64,000 nucleotides of DNA from positions 399,889 through 463,888 of the forward strand of contig NW_003314328.1 in the NCBI RefSeq assembly GCF_000143415.4. Reading direction: 5' to 3'. Position 1 is the first letter of the stretch. Each line of letters opens with the position of its first letter. Below the pieces are notes generated by a model. The model was given only the letters and a program-made list of their open reading frames with translations. It was not told the origin of the DNA and ran no database searches. Positions 62,201-64,000 of the stretch are shown here, piece by piece. The stretch comes from Selaginella moellendorffii (taxonomy: Eukaryota > Plantae > Lycopodiophyta). The translations under genes were made by a program, and so were the position numbers.

Positions 62201-63673
62201 TCAGATGAAAAGCATCGACAACGTCAACCACACGAACGCCAACACATTTCTACAAAGCCTCTCCCTCTCAGCGCTATTGACAACGATCTGCCGCATGAAT
62301 CGACAGTTCCCGTGGCTCGGATCATCCCTTACGACTCTGCCAAACTCGGGATCACAGCTGCTGGTGGCCTGGTCATTGAGCTGATAGTTGCTGTTGAAAG
62401 CATAGCTCGCTCGCTCGCTCACGGTGAGAAAGTTGCAAGAGCCACCTTCGAAGAGAGGACTGCAGTCTACTTGCTGGCAAGTGGCATTGATCCTCTGCTC
62501 CAGCCCGTCCGTGGCGTCGTTTGAGACGCACCACCTCGCAGGCATGTACTCGACGTCTGGGACGTTCTCCAGCTCTCTGGCACCCAACAGCGTAAGGCCA
62601 TACTTGCGAGTTCCATCGTACTGGAAGATCCCCCAGTGCCGCTCGTAGCCTGGTTTCTTGCGGTCTTCATCCACCAGGCTGAAGATATATGCGTGGAGCT
62701 GGCCGGGCCTCAGCGGGGTACCTCTGGAGCTTTCAATCCGCTTCACCAGGCCTTGGTTGAATCGCTCAGCGTTTTGCGGATTCGCCTGAAGGTTGCAGTC
62801 GGTCGGCCATCCGGTTCCTCCGACGATGATTGGCATGTCCGGGAAGCCGGCTTGTTTCAGAGCCGACACCACAGTGTCGAAGATGGCGTCGAAGGCGTTG
62901 GTGTAGTTGTTGCCTTGGTCCTGTTGAAATGGGAAATCGCCATCGAAGAAGGCAAAATCGAGGGGAAAGGATGGATCCTTCACCGAGCTGATGAAGGGGT
63001 GGATGTTGACGGTGAAAGGCGACTTTGAGTCGGAGAGAAGCTCCAAGATGGTCTTCATCTCGTCGGGGCGGATGAAATTTCCAGTGGAGGGTGTGAAGGA
63101 GTTCGAGGTAACGATGCCAGCGCTGAAGGGAATGGTGGTTTTGATATCTCTGGTTCTTGTCTGCTTGTCGAGCGCAGCCCGGATGTTCTTCACTGCTCCA
63201 ACAACAGCGTCGAGTCTCACATCGTGTAGTGGTTCCTCGCCAACAGCGACATATCTGTTTGACAACCTCTCAGATCAACAAACGATCACAAACAGGAAGA
63301 CAAAAAGAAACAAAAGATATCACCTGATGTCTACTCGTCTCTTGGGGTACTTGAGGTACCAAGTTACGTTGCTCTCCACCCAGTTGCGAGCAGCGTGCAT
63401 GCTCGAGGACAGCGTCTCCAGCATGGTGTTGGGAATTCCAACCATGACTTCGATGTTGGAGCCTGCCAGTGCGTGGAGGACGGAGGCGTCCGTGTCAAAC
63501 ATCTTCACTCTCGTGAAGCTGTTCTTCTGGAGCATTTTGACAACGCTCGGCGCGTGGAGGGGGTGAGATACCTGCGTTCCCCAGTTGACACCAACCTGAG
63601 CTCGACTTGATCCAACTAGCAGCAGCAGCAGCAGTAGCGACAGCGTTGTCGAGAAGTCCAGCCGGACCAACAT
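62201..63673 (-). CDS. GH17 beta-1,3-glucanase-like protein with X8 (CBM43) domain and probable GPI signal
   Basis: Signal peptide, VGVNWG, RVKMFD, YVAVGEEP, YTNAFDA.FD, GWPT, YIFSLVDED, ERHWGIF, X8 (WCV...DCSPL..GGSC...ASYAFNS); intron at 63255-63323. Confidence 0.92.
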
Positions 63674-64000
63674 CACTACGAGCAGAATCGACCATCTCCA
63701 AACGTCCTATCTCTCCCACCTCGGTCCGAAGAGTAGCGGCTGTCATCCTTAAAACGCACTGCTACTCAACTCCTTGCTTGACTTTGGTTTTACCTCTACC
63801 TTGATCCCGGGCTTCGTAGAGATCAATGCAACCATGGATCTTACCAGAGGTAAACGTTCGCAATTCACATCACGACGGAAATCACGAATGAAGCTCTTTT
63901 TTCTAACCAGAAGAACAAACTGCTAGGACCAGAGATAAGCTTTTGGGAACACAAACTCTTTCGTTTGCTTAAATTTCTCTTATCACTACAGCGAGAACGA

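Overview
This is eukaryotic land-plant nuclear DNA. Very short (~50-100 nt) GT-AG introns, tight gene packing and PLS-class PPR genes with DLVSWNAM-type repeats suggest a lycophyte such as Selaginella (inference). The left half (1 to ~32 kb) is a nest of transposons. An 11.6-kb Mutator-like DNA transposon (13305-24953) sits inside a non-coding LTR element (11880-27318), next to a decayed Ty3/gypsy element that holds a TRIM. A rearranged second copy of the Mutator family lies at 1-5017. The right half (32.7-64 kb) is gene-dense: NCL Na+/Ca2+ exchanger, P-class PPR, aspartic-protease-like protein, two PLS-class PPRs plus a pseudogene, two tRNA-Arg genes, a PADRE/DUF4228-like protein, PPH1/TAP38 phosphatase, an MFS transporter, PsaE, AND-1/Ctf4, a DUF26 protein and a GH17-X8 glucanase. 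The most striking observation is the cargo of the Mutator element. Head-to-head with its transposase it carries a spliced gene fusing a ParB/Srx-like domain (IIDGNHR) to a bacterial/phage-type beta-class amino (N6A/N4C) DNA methyltransferase fold. It also has two paralogous small zinc-finger genes pointing inward from the ends, and motif arrays around one of them. This may be a transposon-encoded epigenetic or anti-silencing module, although this copy is inactivated by transition-type stop codons. All calls are by eye, and exon boundaries are approximate where stated.
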